Source: an uncultured virus (IMG/VR IMGVR_UViG_3300035510_000375)
Lineage: Duplodnaviria; Heunggongvirae; Uroviricota; Caudoviricetes
IMG/VR virus record: IMGVR_UViG_3300035510_000375
Direction: 5' to 3' (one strand)
DNA length: 64,000 bases
Positions 41,294 to 51,572 of the stretch are shown here, one piece after another. Below the pieces are notes generated by a model. The model saw nothing but the letters and a program-made list of their open reading frames with translations. It had not been told where the DNA came from and searched no databases. Position 1 is the stretch's first letter; each line of letters starts with the position of its first letter. A program made the position numbers and the translations under genes.

Positions 41294-41810
41294 TATCTTC
41301 CTCTTCCTCTAAGTTAAATAATTTTATTTTAAATAATTTTGGTTGCGGAGGTGGAATTTCCACTTCCTTAACTTTAGTATGATAGTTTTGAATATCTTTA
41401 TTTTCATTTGCTAATTTCGCTAAATATAAAGCATAATAGTATTGGCAAGCTTGTTGATAGATATAAGGTACGATCCCCAGTCCGCCATTAGCTTTCTCTA
41501 TTGAATTGCCTTTTACCTCATACCAATAAATTAAAGTTTTTAATATTCCACTATACGTAAAATTATATTGTTCTTTATATTCTTTTAATTGCTTCCGCAC
41601 TCTTGCATTTACATATTCTTCATCAAATAAATTCTTGATATATTTTTCTAATGCTTCTAAGTCTTTTTCTTCTTGACTTTTATTTTTTTCATGTTCTTCT
41701 GCACATTTTTTATGTGCATATCTACGTGCGGAAACCTGTGTTGTAGGCTCCTTATCTCGGTTAAACTTCTCACCGCAATAAGGACAGATTACATAATGTG
41801 CTGTTGCCAT
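41286..41810 (-). CDS. Zinc-finger protein upstream of helicase (possible loader/replication accessory)
   Basis: CPYCG..HKKC; GLGIVPY; GAGGTG RBS before ATG 41810. Confidence 0.55.
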   Translation of the reverse strand: MATAHYVICPYCGEKFNRDKEPTTQVSARRYAHKKCAEEHEKNKSQEEKDLEALEKYIKNLFDEEYVNARVRKQLKEYKEQYNFTYSGILKTLIYWYEVKGNSIEKANGGLGIVPYIYQQACQYYYALYLAKLANENKDIQNYHTKVKEVEIPPPQPKLFKIKLFNLEEEEDNV

Positions 41811-41918
41811 ATTACACCTCTTTTTAATTTCTATATATATTATAACATAAATTTTATTAAAAGTCAAACTATATAATTAAAAATTGGACAAAGACTTTTA
41901 CGTCCTTGCCCAACAATA

Positions 41919-42950
41919 TTATGAATTTAATTTAATAATTTCTTTTAATTCCTCTACAATAAGAGAGAGTGCTTCAACCTGATTTGAATTACATTCTCCT
42001 ACTTTTTTACCCTTTCCAAGATATTTATCTGTAAGCTGAACAATTTTAGGTGCCCAAAATTTTCCAAAGTGTTCTTGTTCTGCTTCAGTTCCATCACTAG
42101 AACCTGGAATTGAGCCTATTAAACTATCAAATTCTTCTTTTAAACTATTAAAATCTAATTCTGCAACAGTATTTAATTTTTGTTGTTCTGCAAAAGTAGC
42201 AATAACAACATTGTCATTTTCTTTCTTTTTGTCAATACCAGTTTGAATAGCTTGTGCTAAATTCTCAGCTGTAAATTCTTTAATAAAAGTAGGCGTATAT
42301 TCTATTCTAGCTCTTGCAAAAAATTCTTTTGTCTGAGCCAAATATCCAGAAGATTTTATAACTCTTCCTTCTGAATCAACGCCATTGCTTTTTAAATACA
42401 CTACATAATCGCACTTATCAATAATAGGATTCATGCATCGTTTATCTCCTTTAGGAGATATAAAACCTGTTTGTGTATTAACCTGTTCGTGTGCAATAAA
42501 AACAACTGTGTAACCTGCGCTAACCAGTAAATTTATTTGACGAAAATACTCTTTTTCATATAATTGATAAAGATTATGTTTACTATCTCCATCTGCCATA
42601 GTTAAAGCTCCATCTCCATACGTAGAGCAAACATAATCTTGACAATAAATTGAAGAAGCATAAACTTCATCTATAATAATAGTATGATACATTTCCTTAG
42701 CTTTATCTTTAGACCTAGGATCTGTAAACTGCTTAATAACGCTTTTAAAATCAGACCATCTTGTTATTGGAGCATAAGGTATACCATCAATACCATTTAA
42801 TCCCATTTCACAAGCAACAACAAAAGGTTTCTCAAAACGAGTTGCTTGATAAGATTTTCCTAAGTTATTGCCTCCATATATTAAAATAACTTTTCCTTCT
42901 AATCCATTAGCGATTACAGAATGGGGGGCATTAAAAATATCTATAGCCAT
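41919..42950 (-). CDS. AAA_24/Sak4-like P-loop ATPase
   Basis: IYGGNNLGKS, IIIDE, VFIAHE. Confidence 0.7.
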   Translation of the reverse strand: MAIDIFNAPHSVIANGLEGKVILIYGGNNLGKSYQATRFEKPFVVACEMGLNGIDGIPYAPITRWSDFKSVIKQFTDPRSKDKAKEMYHTIIIDEVYASSIYCQDYVCSTYGDGALTMADGDSKHNLYQLYEKEYFRQINLLVSAGYTVVFIAHEQVNTQTGFISPKGDKRCMNPIIDKCDYVVYLKSNGVDSEGRVIKSSGYLAQTKEFFARARIEYTPTFIKEFTAENLAQAIQTGIDKKKENDNVVIATFAEQQKLNTVAELDFNSLKEEFDSLIGSIPGSSDGTEAEQEHFGKFWAPKIVQLTDKYLGKGKKVGECNSNQVEALSLIVEELKEIIKLNS

Positions 42951-43010
42951 GTTTAATTCTCCTTATTTTAAAATTTAATTATTATAAGGGAGTTACCCCT
43001 TTATAATTTA

Positions 43011-43958
43011 TTAAAAGTTAAATCCACCTGCTGCAACCTGAGAAGGAGTTACTGTTGACGCAGAACTAGAACCGCCTGCTGCAACCTGAGCTTTCCACTC
43101 TTCTGCCTTCTTTTTTACCTCTGCGAGGTAAACTTCTCTATCCTGCATAGCTTTTGTCACTTCATCAGCGGTAAGTACACTTTCTTCACCATAATCATAA
43201 GTAACTCTTGGTGAACCCGTTACTTCCCATTCCTTGGTTTTCTTAGGATACTTCTGAACTGAAGGTTCTCCAAAAGCAGAATCTTCTTCCTTTGTAATAT
43301 AAGTAGTGGTGGAATTGATCTTACCCCATACCTTAGTAAACATTGGTTCTGAAGGAGAGATACCCGCATTTTCAAAATAATTCATACCAGCTTTATTTCT
43401 AACTGTAAATTCTACTGGAAGAAGTGCTTTTTTAAAATTAAAGATAGCACCACGAATAACTACATAATCTTCTTTAATATTTTTTTCTTCATTAGCTTCT
43501 ACTGTTTTTACAGAAGTAATAAGCATATCTGCAGAAAATTCATTTCTTTTATTTTCCTCTCCTAAGTCAGATACAATATTAAGGAAGCCACCTTCATTTC
43601 TTTTTGCAGAAACTAATTCATTGTTGTTATTATAAAAATCATTTAAATCTATTGAAGGAGTAGCTTTAACTTTAATAGCTTCATCCTTACCTACTTCAAG
43701 CCAAGTCTTATTTTCACTAATAATTTTCTTCAAAGCATTGAAAGTTTGATTTACGGCACCTTTACTTGTAGTTGGTGTAACATAAGTATAATGAACCTGT
43801 ACTACATTTAAACCTTCTTCATCTGTCGCAATATCAAGATTACCAGAAATAAACTCTTTTCCATAATTTGAAGAAGCTTGATTCTGTACTGTCTTAACTG
43901 TTAATTCATGCTGATAAACTCTACCTATAATATTTTCTACGTTAATCATTTTCTTCAT
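43011..43958 (-). CDS. Putative single-stranded DNA-binding protein
   Basis: Beta-rich OB-like pattern, flexible tail ending in FNF; next to Sak4-like ATPase. Confidence 0.55.
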   Translation of the reverse strand: MKKMINVENIIGRVYQHELTVKTVQNQASSNYGKEFISGNLDIATDEEGLNVVQVHYTYVTPTTSKGAVNQTFNALKKIISENKTWLEVGKDEAIKVKATPSIDLNDFYNNNNELVSAKRNEGGFLNIVSDLGEENKRNEFSADMLITSVKTVEANEEKNIKEDYVVIRGAIFNFKKALLPVEFTVRNKAGMNYFENAGISPSEPMFTKVWGKINSTTTYITKEEDSAFGEPSVQKYPKKTKEWEVTGSPRVTYDYGEESVLTADEVTKAMQDREVYLAEVKKKAEEWKAQVAAGGSSSASTVTPSQVAAGGFNF

Positions 43959-43982
43959 AAAAACATTTTCTCCTTAAATACA

Positions 43983-44354
43983 TTATTCTTCAATATTTAC
44001 ATTACTTAAATCTTTTGTAGTACCCTTATCAGTTAGACCGTAAGTAATTGGTTCTAATGTAAGTTTTTCAACAAAACCTTCAGTAATTAATTTTCTCATT
44101 GAACTAGATACAGAACGAGAAGAGGTAAATAGACCTTCCGCAATTTCTTTTGAAGTAAAACTCTTATTTGCTTCGTTCTCTTGCATATACTTTAATATCT
44201 TTGCACCACTCTCTGTAAGTTCAACTTTTTCTTTTGGCGCAGCACTATTTTTTAATTCTTCAAAATACTCTAGTGCCATTTTATCTAATTCTGTAGTGTC
44301 AAGAGGGTTAAGTAATTCTTCTACCATTTTAATAAAAGCTTCTTTTTTAGTCAT
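43983..44354 (-). CDS. Winged-helix DNA-binding protein
   Basis: FTSKEIAEGLFTSSRSVSSSMRKLITEGFVEK. Confidence 0.7.
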   Translation of the reverse strand: MTKKEAFIKMVEELLNPLDTTELDKMALEYFEELKNSAAPKEKVELTESGAKILKYMQENEANKSFTSKEIAEGLFTSSRSVSSSMRKLITEGFVEKLTLEPITYGLTDKGTTKDLSNVNIEE

Positions 44355-44428
44355 AATTTATTTTTACCATTCCTTATTTATTATACTTATATTATAACAT
44401 AAAAAATTATAAAAATCAAATAAAATTA

Positions 44429-45103
44429 TTATGTAGCTTTTTTAGGTTTTCTACCACAACTCTTAGCCTCAGAACAATAGCCAAATAATTCACATTTAGG
44501 TTTAAACTCTTGTTCAATAATTACTTTCCATTCATCAGAATATTCTTTTAATGCGTTGATTATATCATTCATTAATTGACGAAATTCCCAATAGGCTCTT
44601 GAACAAAGTCTTTGGTGAGACATATCTATCAACTGGCGGAGGTTAGTTCTAATCACAACATCTGTTGTCATACCAAGAGGCAAAAGATTTGCTACATCCT
44701 CCCTAGGTATACCAATACTATTAAGTAAAACACTAGAGCGCTGGATTTGCTCCATGCAATCTTGATAAATTTCTTTTGCTTCATCATTATTCTCAATAGA
44801 AGATGGAATGATATAATCAAAAGCACTATAATCAAGATATCTTGTGCTTGCTTGTAGTCTAGTAGGTGCTCCGCCTATGTGTGTATACAATTCGCGGATA
44901 ACCCTTGTGGAATATCCTTTTAAAATTAAATACACTTGCGGGAACTCGCTTACGCGCCCATGACCGCTTTCTAAACAGCTAAGTCCGCGCTTGTAATTTT
45001 TATCTTTATCTGAACTATCTGCGCCCCAACAAACTCCCGCTTCTTTTCCCATTAATTGGAGAGGATGTCTTGTTGTGTCTACTTGTATAATTACTTTTCC
45101 CAT
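44429..45103 (-). CDS. thyX: Flavin-dependent thymidylate synthase
   Basis: GHGRVSEF, RELYTH..QASTRY, EDVANLLP, NLRQL..RLCSRAYWEFR. Confidence 0.85.
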   Translation of the reverse strand: MGKVIIQVDTTRHPLQLMGKEAGVCWGADSSDKDKNYKRGLSCLESGHGRVSEFPQVYLILKGYSTRVIRELYTHIGGAPTRLQASTRYLDYSAFDYIIPSSIENNDEAKEIYQDCMEQIQRSSVLLNSIGIPREDVANLLPLGMTTDVVIRTNLRQLIDMSHQRLCSRAYWEFRQLMNDIINALKEYSDEWKVIIEQEFKPKCELFGYCSEAKSCGRKPKKAT

Positions 45104-45104
45104 T

Positions 45105-46064
45105 TTATTTATTCCCTATAGTTGAATTATAGCCAAAATTATAACTATCATACAACCCAATATAATATTTTTCTTTTTCATTTAATTGCTCTCTTGGGCA
45201 CTCTTCTAATAGCTCCCAAGAAAAAGACCATAAACCATACTCTTGCATGGCTTTATATAGTTTATTATTTGCGGGGGTATCGATGCCCAATCCGCACTTA
45301 GCATGGTCTGTCCACCTAGACGCGGTATTCGTTGCCTGACCGATGTAGCACTCGCCCGTCTCAACATTGGTTATTTTATAGATGCCAGTCTTTTCATTAG
45401 TACCTAGTACATTTGCACATAAAGCTTTAAGTGGCTTTTGAAACCATGTCTGCCATATTAACATACTAAGAACTCTAGGCTTAGATAACGTTTTTTTAAC
45501 TTGTTCTAGCCTTTGTATATCTAATTTATCAACATCAGATATTTGTAAACAATAGAAAGAAAGATTATCTTGAATTTCCTTCTCGCGGATGCGGGCTTGA
45601 ATGCTCGCTGCTAACGTATCTTTTATCTTTTGTAATTCTTGATTAGTTTGCGCATATTCTAAATTTAATTTATTTATTTTATTATTATATGCAATTTCAG
45701 CATTTTCATATTCCGTTTCTAAATTCTCAAAGTATTTTTCACTAGCTAAAGAAGTAGTTTGTTTATATTGCTCAAACTGTACAGTAACTTTATCTTTTTC
45801 AGCGGTATATAATTGTTGTACTTTTGCTAAATCTTCTTTTTCTATCTGTTCATAAAGATGTTTATCTTGCTCAAATTTTTCAACTAATTGTTGGTGTTCT
45901 TTTTTAATATGCTCACAATTTTGTTGTGTTAATTTATATTGGTTATCTAAATATTCTTGTTCTTTATATTTAGTAACTTTTATCTGATTTGCATTAATAT
46001 AATATTTAATTCCTATAATTAAACAAATTAATGCAAATATAAAAAAAATTATTTCAAAAATCAT
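45105..46064 (-). CDS. Membrane-anchored coiled-coil protein with C-terminal GIY-YIG domain
   Basis: N-terminal TM; TGIYKITNVETGECYIGQA..RW..EKEKYYI..GYN. Confidence 0.75.
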   Translation of the reverse strand: MIFEIIFFIFALICLIIGIKYYINANQIKVTKYKEQEYLDNQYKLTQQNCEHIKKEHQQLVEKFEQDKHLYEQIEKEDLAKVQQLYTAEKDKVTVQFEQYKQTTSLASEKYFENLETEYENAEIAYNNKINKLNLEYAQTNQELQKIKDTLAASIQARIREKEIQDNLSFYCLQISDVDKLDIQRLEQVKKTLSKPRVLSMLIWQTWFQKPLKALCANVLGTNEKTGIYKITNVETGECYIGQATNTASRWTDHAKCGLGIDTPANNKLYKAMQEYGLWSFSWELLEECPREQLNEKEKYYIGLYDSYNFGYNSTIGNK

Positions 46065-46123
46065 ATTAATTACCTTATTGAAAAAGATAGGGAGCTAAAT
46101 TAGCTCCCCATATATTCAATAAA

Positions 46124-46408
46124 TTACTCTGCGTCATCAGTCAAATCAGGATCAAATTCAAGGCCTGCCTCGGTCAGTCTGATAAACTTCACTGCCTTAT
46201 GAGATACCTTACCTTCTGCATCAGTTACTTCAATCTCAGCTGGGATTCTTTCCATGAGTCCTTTCTTTTGGAACGCACTTGTAACGATACCATTTACACT
46301 ACGAATCTCAAGTCCTGTGCCCTCAACAATATCTGCTGCTGTAATATTTTCTCCCTGATTTTCCTTTACAAATTCAAATACTTTCTTGTTCTTTTCATTT
46401 AAAGCCAT
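46124..46408 (-). CDS. Small winged-helix DNA-binding protein
   Basis: ITAADIVEGTGLEIRSVNGIV..IRLTEAG; similar to the 43983 ORF. Confidence 0.65.
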   Translation of the reverse strand: MALNEKNKKVFEFVKENQGENITAADIVEGTGLEIRSVNGIVTSAFQKKGLMERIPAEIEVTDAEGKVSHKAVKFIRLTEAGLEFDPDLTDDAE

Positions 46409-46488
46409 CTTTAAAATTTCTCCTTTTTAATTAAATATTATTATTATTATTATTATTGAGGATTATATTCCTCATTTTTGATAAATAT

Positions 46489-46517
46489 ATTATATCATAA
46501 AATTTTTCATTTGTCAA
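46489..46517 (-). promoter_or_regulatory. SigmaA consensus promoter
   Basis: TTGACA-17bp-TATAAT with TG. Confidence 0.75.
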
Positions 46518-46688
46518 GAAATTTTTTATTTTTCTAAATAATATATTTTATATAAATAAAACCTTCCTTTGTTTAAGGGAGTGTATTATTATTGAAATTT
46601 AGAAATAATAAATTTAACACTTCTGCCCAGAGGTGTCTTTTTTCTTTATTTCTTTATATAATTATTATACCACAAAATTTTTAAAAAA

Positions 46689-48626
46689 TCAACTAAGTAG
46701 CAGCTTAAGCTGGGTTTCATTGATTATAGGTACATTTAATTCTCGTGCTTTCTTGTGCTTTGCGGAATTACTATCTTGATTACAAACTAAGTAATCTGTT
46801 TTTGAAGTTACAGTAGAAGTTACTTTACTACCTTTAGATTCTACAAAAGCAACTAGGTCATCGCGTTTAGCCCATATAATTCCTAGTTTTCCAGTAACAC
46901 ATATATTAAGTGCGGAGGTGTCGCTATGTTCGCCTGCAGTCTTTGCTTCTTGGTGCTCGAAGTCAAGCATTTCCGCAATCTTATCTGCTTCTGAATAATC
47001 AAAATTATTTAAAGCCTTTTCCATTTCATATCCAAACCCAGGTAAGGCGCTCCAATTCCCGCCAACCGCATTTTTAAATTCTTCCCATGTAGGATAATGT
47101 TCAGCAATAACCTTAGCTACCTGTATTCCAATAAGAGGAATACCAAGCGCAGCAATAAAGCTTTCTAATTTACAATGCTTACTTTCTTCTATTGCATTTA
47201 AAATCTTATCTACAGATTTTTCACCAAAGCCTGGTAATTTAATCCATTCTAAGCGATGCTCTTTTAATGAATAAAGGTCAATTATATTATTTAACCAATC
47301 TAAATCTATTAATTTCTCTATTGTAGCTAAACTTAATCCTTTTACGTCTAATCCATGCTTTCTATCACAATAATGATTTATTCTTTGATTAAGCTTTCGT
47401 GGACATTCATCATTAGAGCAATAAAGATTTTGAACTCCAGTATCGCTTGTTTCAATAGCTACTTGACCTCCGCATATTGGACATTTATCCAAAGGAAGAA
47501 TATAATCTAATAAAGCAGAAAGGTCTGCTTTAACCGCAGATTCAACATAAGGAATTATTTGATTTCTTTTGCTAATTTTAAGGAGCTGTCCTTTATATGG
47601 ATTACCTAATTTTTCTTCCATTATGCTTAAATTACACAGACTAGACCTTGATACTTCCGTACCTTCAATATCAATAGGCTCAAATAAAGCTACAGGAGTT
47701 AATACTCCTTTCCTAGATACATCATAGTCTATATCTATTAACCTAGTTTCATAAATTTCATCATAAAATTTAAAAGCATAGGCGGCATTGCTATGATGAG
47801 CCGTAGAGCCAAGAGATTCCCCATACTCTATATCGTCAAACCTGCCTACCAATCCATCTATTGGATAACCTAATTCTTTTGCTGTATCTTGAAGATATTC
47901 TTTTGCATCCCAATCAAAAGATGAGATGTAAGGCACAATAATAAAACCTAATTCTTTTGCCTCTTGTAATTTGTCCACAAAAGAATTACCATTAAATCCT
48001 TTAATTATATTCCATACTACAAAAGTCAAGTTGCGGTTAGCGCATTCTTTTGAATCTAATAATCTAATACTTCCAGCTGCAAAATTGCGAGGGTTCTTAT
48101 ATTCATCTTTATGTGGCTCAAAATCTTGGTAGGTACAGATAATTTCTCCATCTAATACTAATTCATCTTTATAATTTATTCTATTAGGAATAGATTTTAT
48201 TACTTGCGCATTGTACAAAATATCTTCGCCTATTTCCCCATCACCGCGAGTTTCCGCACTTACCAAATATCCATCAATATATCTTAATGAACAAGTTAAA
48301 CCATCAAGTTTGGGCATACCTATTACATCTTTTGATATATTTTTAGACCTAAAATAATTAAGAAAAATATCCCAATCTTTAGTCTTATCAAGGGAACCCA
48401 TCCAATGATTATGTTTAACTTTGTTTAATTCATTAACTATAGTATAAGTAATAGTTTGAGTAGGAGAATCATCATATACATACCCAGTTTCATTTTCTAA
48501 TTGTTGAAGTTTAAAATATAAATTATCATATTCTTCATCTGAAACAAGTGGATGTCCTTCATCGTATGCTAATATATATTTATTTAACGTATCTATATAA
48601 TTTCTTATAGTATTTGTAATATTCAT
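46689..48626 (-). CDS. ligA: NAD-dependent DNA ligase
   Basis: SDEEYD, KLDG, TRGDG..GED, NPRNFAAGS, DGLV, AFKF, Zn finger, HhH, C-terminal BRCT. Confidence 0.95.
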   Translation of the reverse strand: MNITNTIRNYIDTLNKYILAYDEGHPLVSDEEYDNLYFKLQQLENETGYVYDDSPTQTITYTIVNELNKVKHNHWMGSLDKTKDWDIFLNYFRSKNISKDVIGMPKLDGLTCSLRYIDGYLVSAETRGDGEIGEDILYNAQVIKSIPNRINYKDELVLDGEIICTYQDFEPHKDEYKNPRNFAAGSIRLLDSKECANRNLTFVVWNIIKGFNGNSFVDKLQEAKELGFIIVPYISSFDWDAKEYLQDTAKELGYPIDGLVGRFDDIEYGESLGSTAHHSNAAYAFKFYDEIYETRLIDIDYDVSRKGVLTPVALFEPIDIEGTEVSRSSLCNLSIMEEKLGNPYKGQLLKISKRNQIIPYVESAVKADLSALLDYILPLDKCPICGGQVAIETSDTGVQNLYCSNDECPRKLNQRINHYCDRKHGLDVKGLSLATIEKLIDLDWLNNIIDLYSLKEHRLEWIKLPGFGEKSVDKILNAIEESKHCKLESFIAALGIPLIGIQVAKVIAEHYPTWEEFKNAVGGNWSALPGFGYEMEKALNNFDYSEADKIAEMLDFEHQEAKTAGEHSDTSALNICVTGKLGIIWAKRDDLVAFVESKGSKVTSTVTSKTDYLVCNQDSNSAKHKKARELNVPIINETQLKLLLS

Positions 48627-48834
48627 ATTTATATTTATTTCCTTTTGTTTTAAAATAAACCATCTTTCTATAGGAATTACATTTGGAATTGTATTTATAG
48701 CAGCTCCATTAATATTATAAATAGGCTCCCTATACCAAGTATAATAATAATATATTTATTATTTTCCTTTCTTATATTATATATATTATAACATAAAATT
48801 TTATAGAAAACAATAAGGGAGAATTATTCTCCCT

Positions 48835-50724
48835 TTATAGTTTAACTACTGAGTTAATTTTTCCTTTTAACATAATATTACCTAAACTTACTCTATTTAG
48901 TAAAGGAATATCGTTAGCAGAAATGCATATAGAACCTGGCTTACCAACCAATAAAATATTATCATCTTTATCTATCATTGCGGCGCCCGCAATTTCTCCA
49001 GTAGAGTTAGAAGTCTTATATACAATTACACCTTTTCCACTCCTACCCTGATATGGTATCTCTTCAAGAGAAACTTTCTTACCTAAACCACTAGTGGTGA
49101 AAATAGCTAAATTATCAGAATATTTATGAATAGGTAATCCTATAACTACTTCATCATCCGCTTCTAATTTAATTGCTTTTACTCCTGATGTAACTCTACC
49201 TATTGCTGCTATATCTTTTGTGCTAAAATGAATTGACATACCTTTTTTAGTAACTATCACGACTTCTTCTTCATCCATAAACAAAACATTAGCTAATGAA
49301 TCATTATCTTTAAATTTAATTGCGGCGGTGCCCTTTCCGCGCTTTACCTTCATATATTCTTCTAACAAAGTCTTTTTAATTAAACCTTGTTTTGTGAAGA
49401 AAACTACATATTGAGGTTTGCTCTTTCTATGTAATGAAGTCATGGCTACCACTTTTTCATTATCTTCTAAGCTAATTAAACTACTTATTCTAATACCTTT
49501 TGAAGTATTAGTTCCAGTAGGTATATCATCTACAAGTAATTTATACATTTTACCAGTATTAGTAAAGAACATCAAAGTATCAATAGTATTAGTAGAGATG
49601 CTCTCTAAGACAGCACTTTCTTCTGTCTTTATACCTTTACCATTTCTGCGCTGAACTTTAAAACTAGATGCGGGAATGCGCTTAATCTCCCCGGTCTGAG
49701 TTAGGATAACTACAACATCTTCTGCAACTACAGTTTCAATTTCTTTATCTTCTGTATCTTCTTCAACTGTAATAATTTTAGTTCTATGCTCATCTCCATA
49801 TTTCTTAGCAACTTCTCTCCAGCCTTTAATAAGTTCATTATTAAGAAGTTCTTCGCTATTTAATATAGTTTCAATCTCTTTTGCTTTATTCTCTAATTCA
49901 TTTTTTTCATCTTCAAGTTTCTTTACTTCTAAGTGAGCTAAGCGAGATAATTTCATATCTAATACAGCTTTTGCCTGCAATTCATCTAATAAAAATTTAG
50001 ATTGTAATTTAATACTTGCATCTGCTGTCGAGTTAGAGGATTTAATTTCTTGAATAACCTCTTCTATTGAAGCTAAACAAATTAATAAACCATCTATAAT
50101 ATGTATTCTACTTTCAATTTTATCTAGATCAAATTTAAAGCCATTAATATAAACACTTTTTTCATGATCAATGTGTGCCTGTAAAATTTCTTTCCAACCA
50201 AATACTTTTGGAAATCTACCTTGATCAAGCATTGTCATATTGATACTAAAATGATATTGTAAAGAGGTATTTTTATATAATGATTTAATCACTCTATCAG
50301 GATTAATCCCTTTTTTAAGATAAATTTTAATCAATACCTTTTCGCCAGTTAAATCGTTAAACCTATCAACACCAGGATTATTCTCTTCATCATCAAGAAG
50401 AGCCTCTAATTGCTTACATATAGTATTTGTATATACTCCATAAGGAATTTCATTTACTATTAAACAATTTTCTTTATTACTATAATCTATTTTTGCTCTT
50501 AACTTACAAGACGCCCCAACAGCATTATTATCTTTTGCGTTTACTTTTGAACCATATTTTAAAGCTTCTTTGACTTCATTTTCATTAATTAAATAAGCTC
50601 CTGTAGCAAAATCTGGCGGACAATAAATTTCTTCAAAATCTGCATTAGGATTTAATAATAGTACTTCTAGTGCTTTATTAACATCCTTAATATTAAACTG
50701 AGGGAGGCTACTAGATGCGCCAAC
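48835..50724 (-). CDS. gyrA: DNA gyrase subunit A, exon 3
   Basis: PDFATG, EIPY, LDMKLSRL, GyrA-box QRRNGKG and beta-pinwheel repeats; spliced product 799 aa. Confidence 0.88.
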   Translation of the reverse strand, partial: VGASSSLPQFNIKDVNKALEVLLLNPNADFEEIYCPPDFATGAYLINENEVKEALKYGSKVNAKDNNAVGASCKLRAKIDYSNKENCLIVNEIPYGVYTNTICKQLEALLDDEENNPGVDRFNDLTGEKVLIKIYLKKGINPDRVIKSLYKNTSLQYHFSINMTMLDQGRFPKVFGWKEILQAHIDHEKSVYINGFKFDLDKIESRIHIIDGLLICLASIEEVIQEIKSSNSTADASIKLQSKFLLDELQAKAVLDMKLSRLAHLEVKKLEDEKNELENKAKEIETILNSEELLNNELIKGWREVAKKYGDEHRTKIITVEEDTEDKEIETVVAEDVVVILTQTGEIKRIPASSFKVQRRNGKGIKTEESAVLESISTNTIDTLMFFTNTGKMYKLLVDDIPTGTNTSKGIRISSLISLEDNEKVVAMTSLHRKSKPQYVVFFTKQGLIKKTLLEEYMKVKRGKGTAAIKFKDNDSLANVLFMDEEEVVIVTKKGMSIHFSTKDIAAIGRVTSGVKAIKLEADDEVVIGLPIHKYSDNLAIFTTSGLGKKVSLEEIPYQGRSGKGVIVYKTSNSTGEIAGAAMIDKDDNILLVGKPGSICISANDIPLLNRVSLGNIMLKGKINSVVKL

Positions 50725-51284
50725 CGTAGCGCTCTTATGTTTCCATAAGCACTGACTATATCTTAATTGTCTTATGACAACGATTACCATTTCGAACTAT
50801 GTACCAATAATAGTCCTACTCCTCCGCTCCGAGGATAGTCGATACAGGCTACAATTACTTGGAGACTTTTCTTTTTGGATAAAAATTTCTGATAGGATAT
50901 GTTTCATTTTCTTTTCTATATCTTCACATTTAGAATAGTATTTATGTAAAGCTGCATAGCAAGCTGTATTATCTTCTTTTCTAAAATGCTCTGATATTCT
51001 ACGTCTTATATTTATTGCTCTTCCAATATAAATTTTATTATTAGGAAAATTAATTTTATAAATACCAGAAATATGTTGCGGAATTTCATTATACTTCATA
51101 AAAGTCTCCTTTCATTGTTTCCCACGGGATTACCATTTAATATTTTACATTATAATATTAAATTATAAATGAGGCATTATTCTATTTTGCCCTAAAAAAT
51201 ATTAGGCAGGCTTCCCCGTTACCCATACTTTATATATGAGCCTTGTGGTGAACAAGAAAGGTAATAACACAGGCATTATTACAT
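50725..51284 (-). mobile_element. Group I intron 2 in gyrA, 560 nt, with truncated GIY-YIG
   Basis: GGT|AT pairs with ATGCC; terminal G; GACTA...AAGATATAGTC; splicing gives NGTQGIG-VGASSSLP. Confidence 0.88.
50797..51099 (-). pseudogene. Truncated GIY-YIG endonuclease (N-terminal fragment only)
   Basis: SGIYKINFPNNKIYIGRA..RRISEH, then runs into intron core; no catalytic E/GYN segment or DNA-binding domain. Confidence 0.75.
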
Positions 51285-51572
51285 ACCAATACCCTGAGTT
51301 CCATTAACGATGTTGTAAAAACCTTTAGACGGAAGAACTGATGGATACTTTTCAGTATCATCATAATTATCTCTCCACTCTTCTACAGTATTCTTATCTA
51401 TATCTTCAAATAATTTAAGTGAAAAATTGCTTAATCTTGAAGAAGAATAACGAGGCGCTGCCCAATTACCAGTTTCCATTAAGTTTCCGCCATTACCTTC
51501 TATTTCAATCAGCGGATACCGCATAGCAAATGGTTGACCCGATCTCATTATAACGCCTTCTGCACTTGCGTC
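51285..51572 (-). CDS. gyrA: DNA gyrase subunit A, exon 2 (catalytic Tyr)
   Basis: QPFAMRYPLI..GN.G..AAPRYSSSRL; PSVLP. Confidence 0.88.

Noticed and set aside
46436..46458. (TTA)n short repeat as CRISPR or functional array
   Set aside because: Simple low-complexity microsatellite with no spacers
50725..50790. N-terminal MVIVVIRQLRY... of the 651-aa ORF
   Set aside because: This is intron sequence; exon 3 starts at 50724
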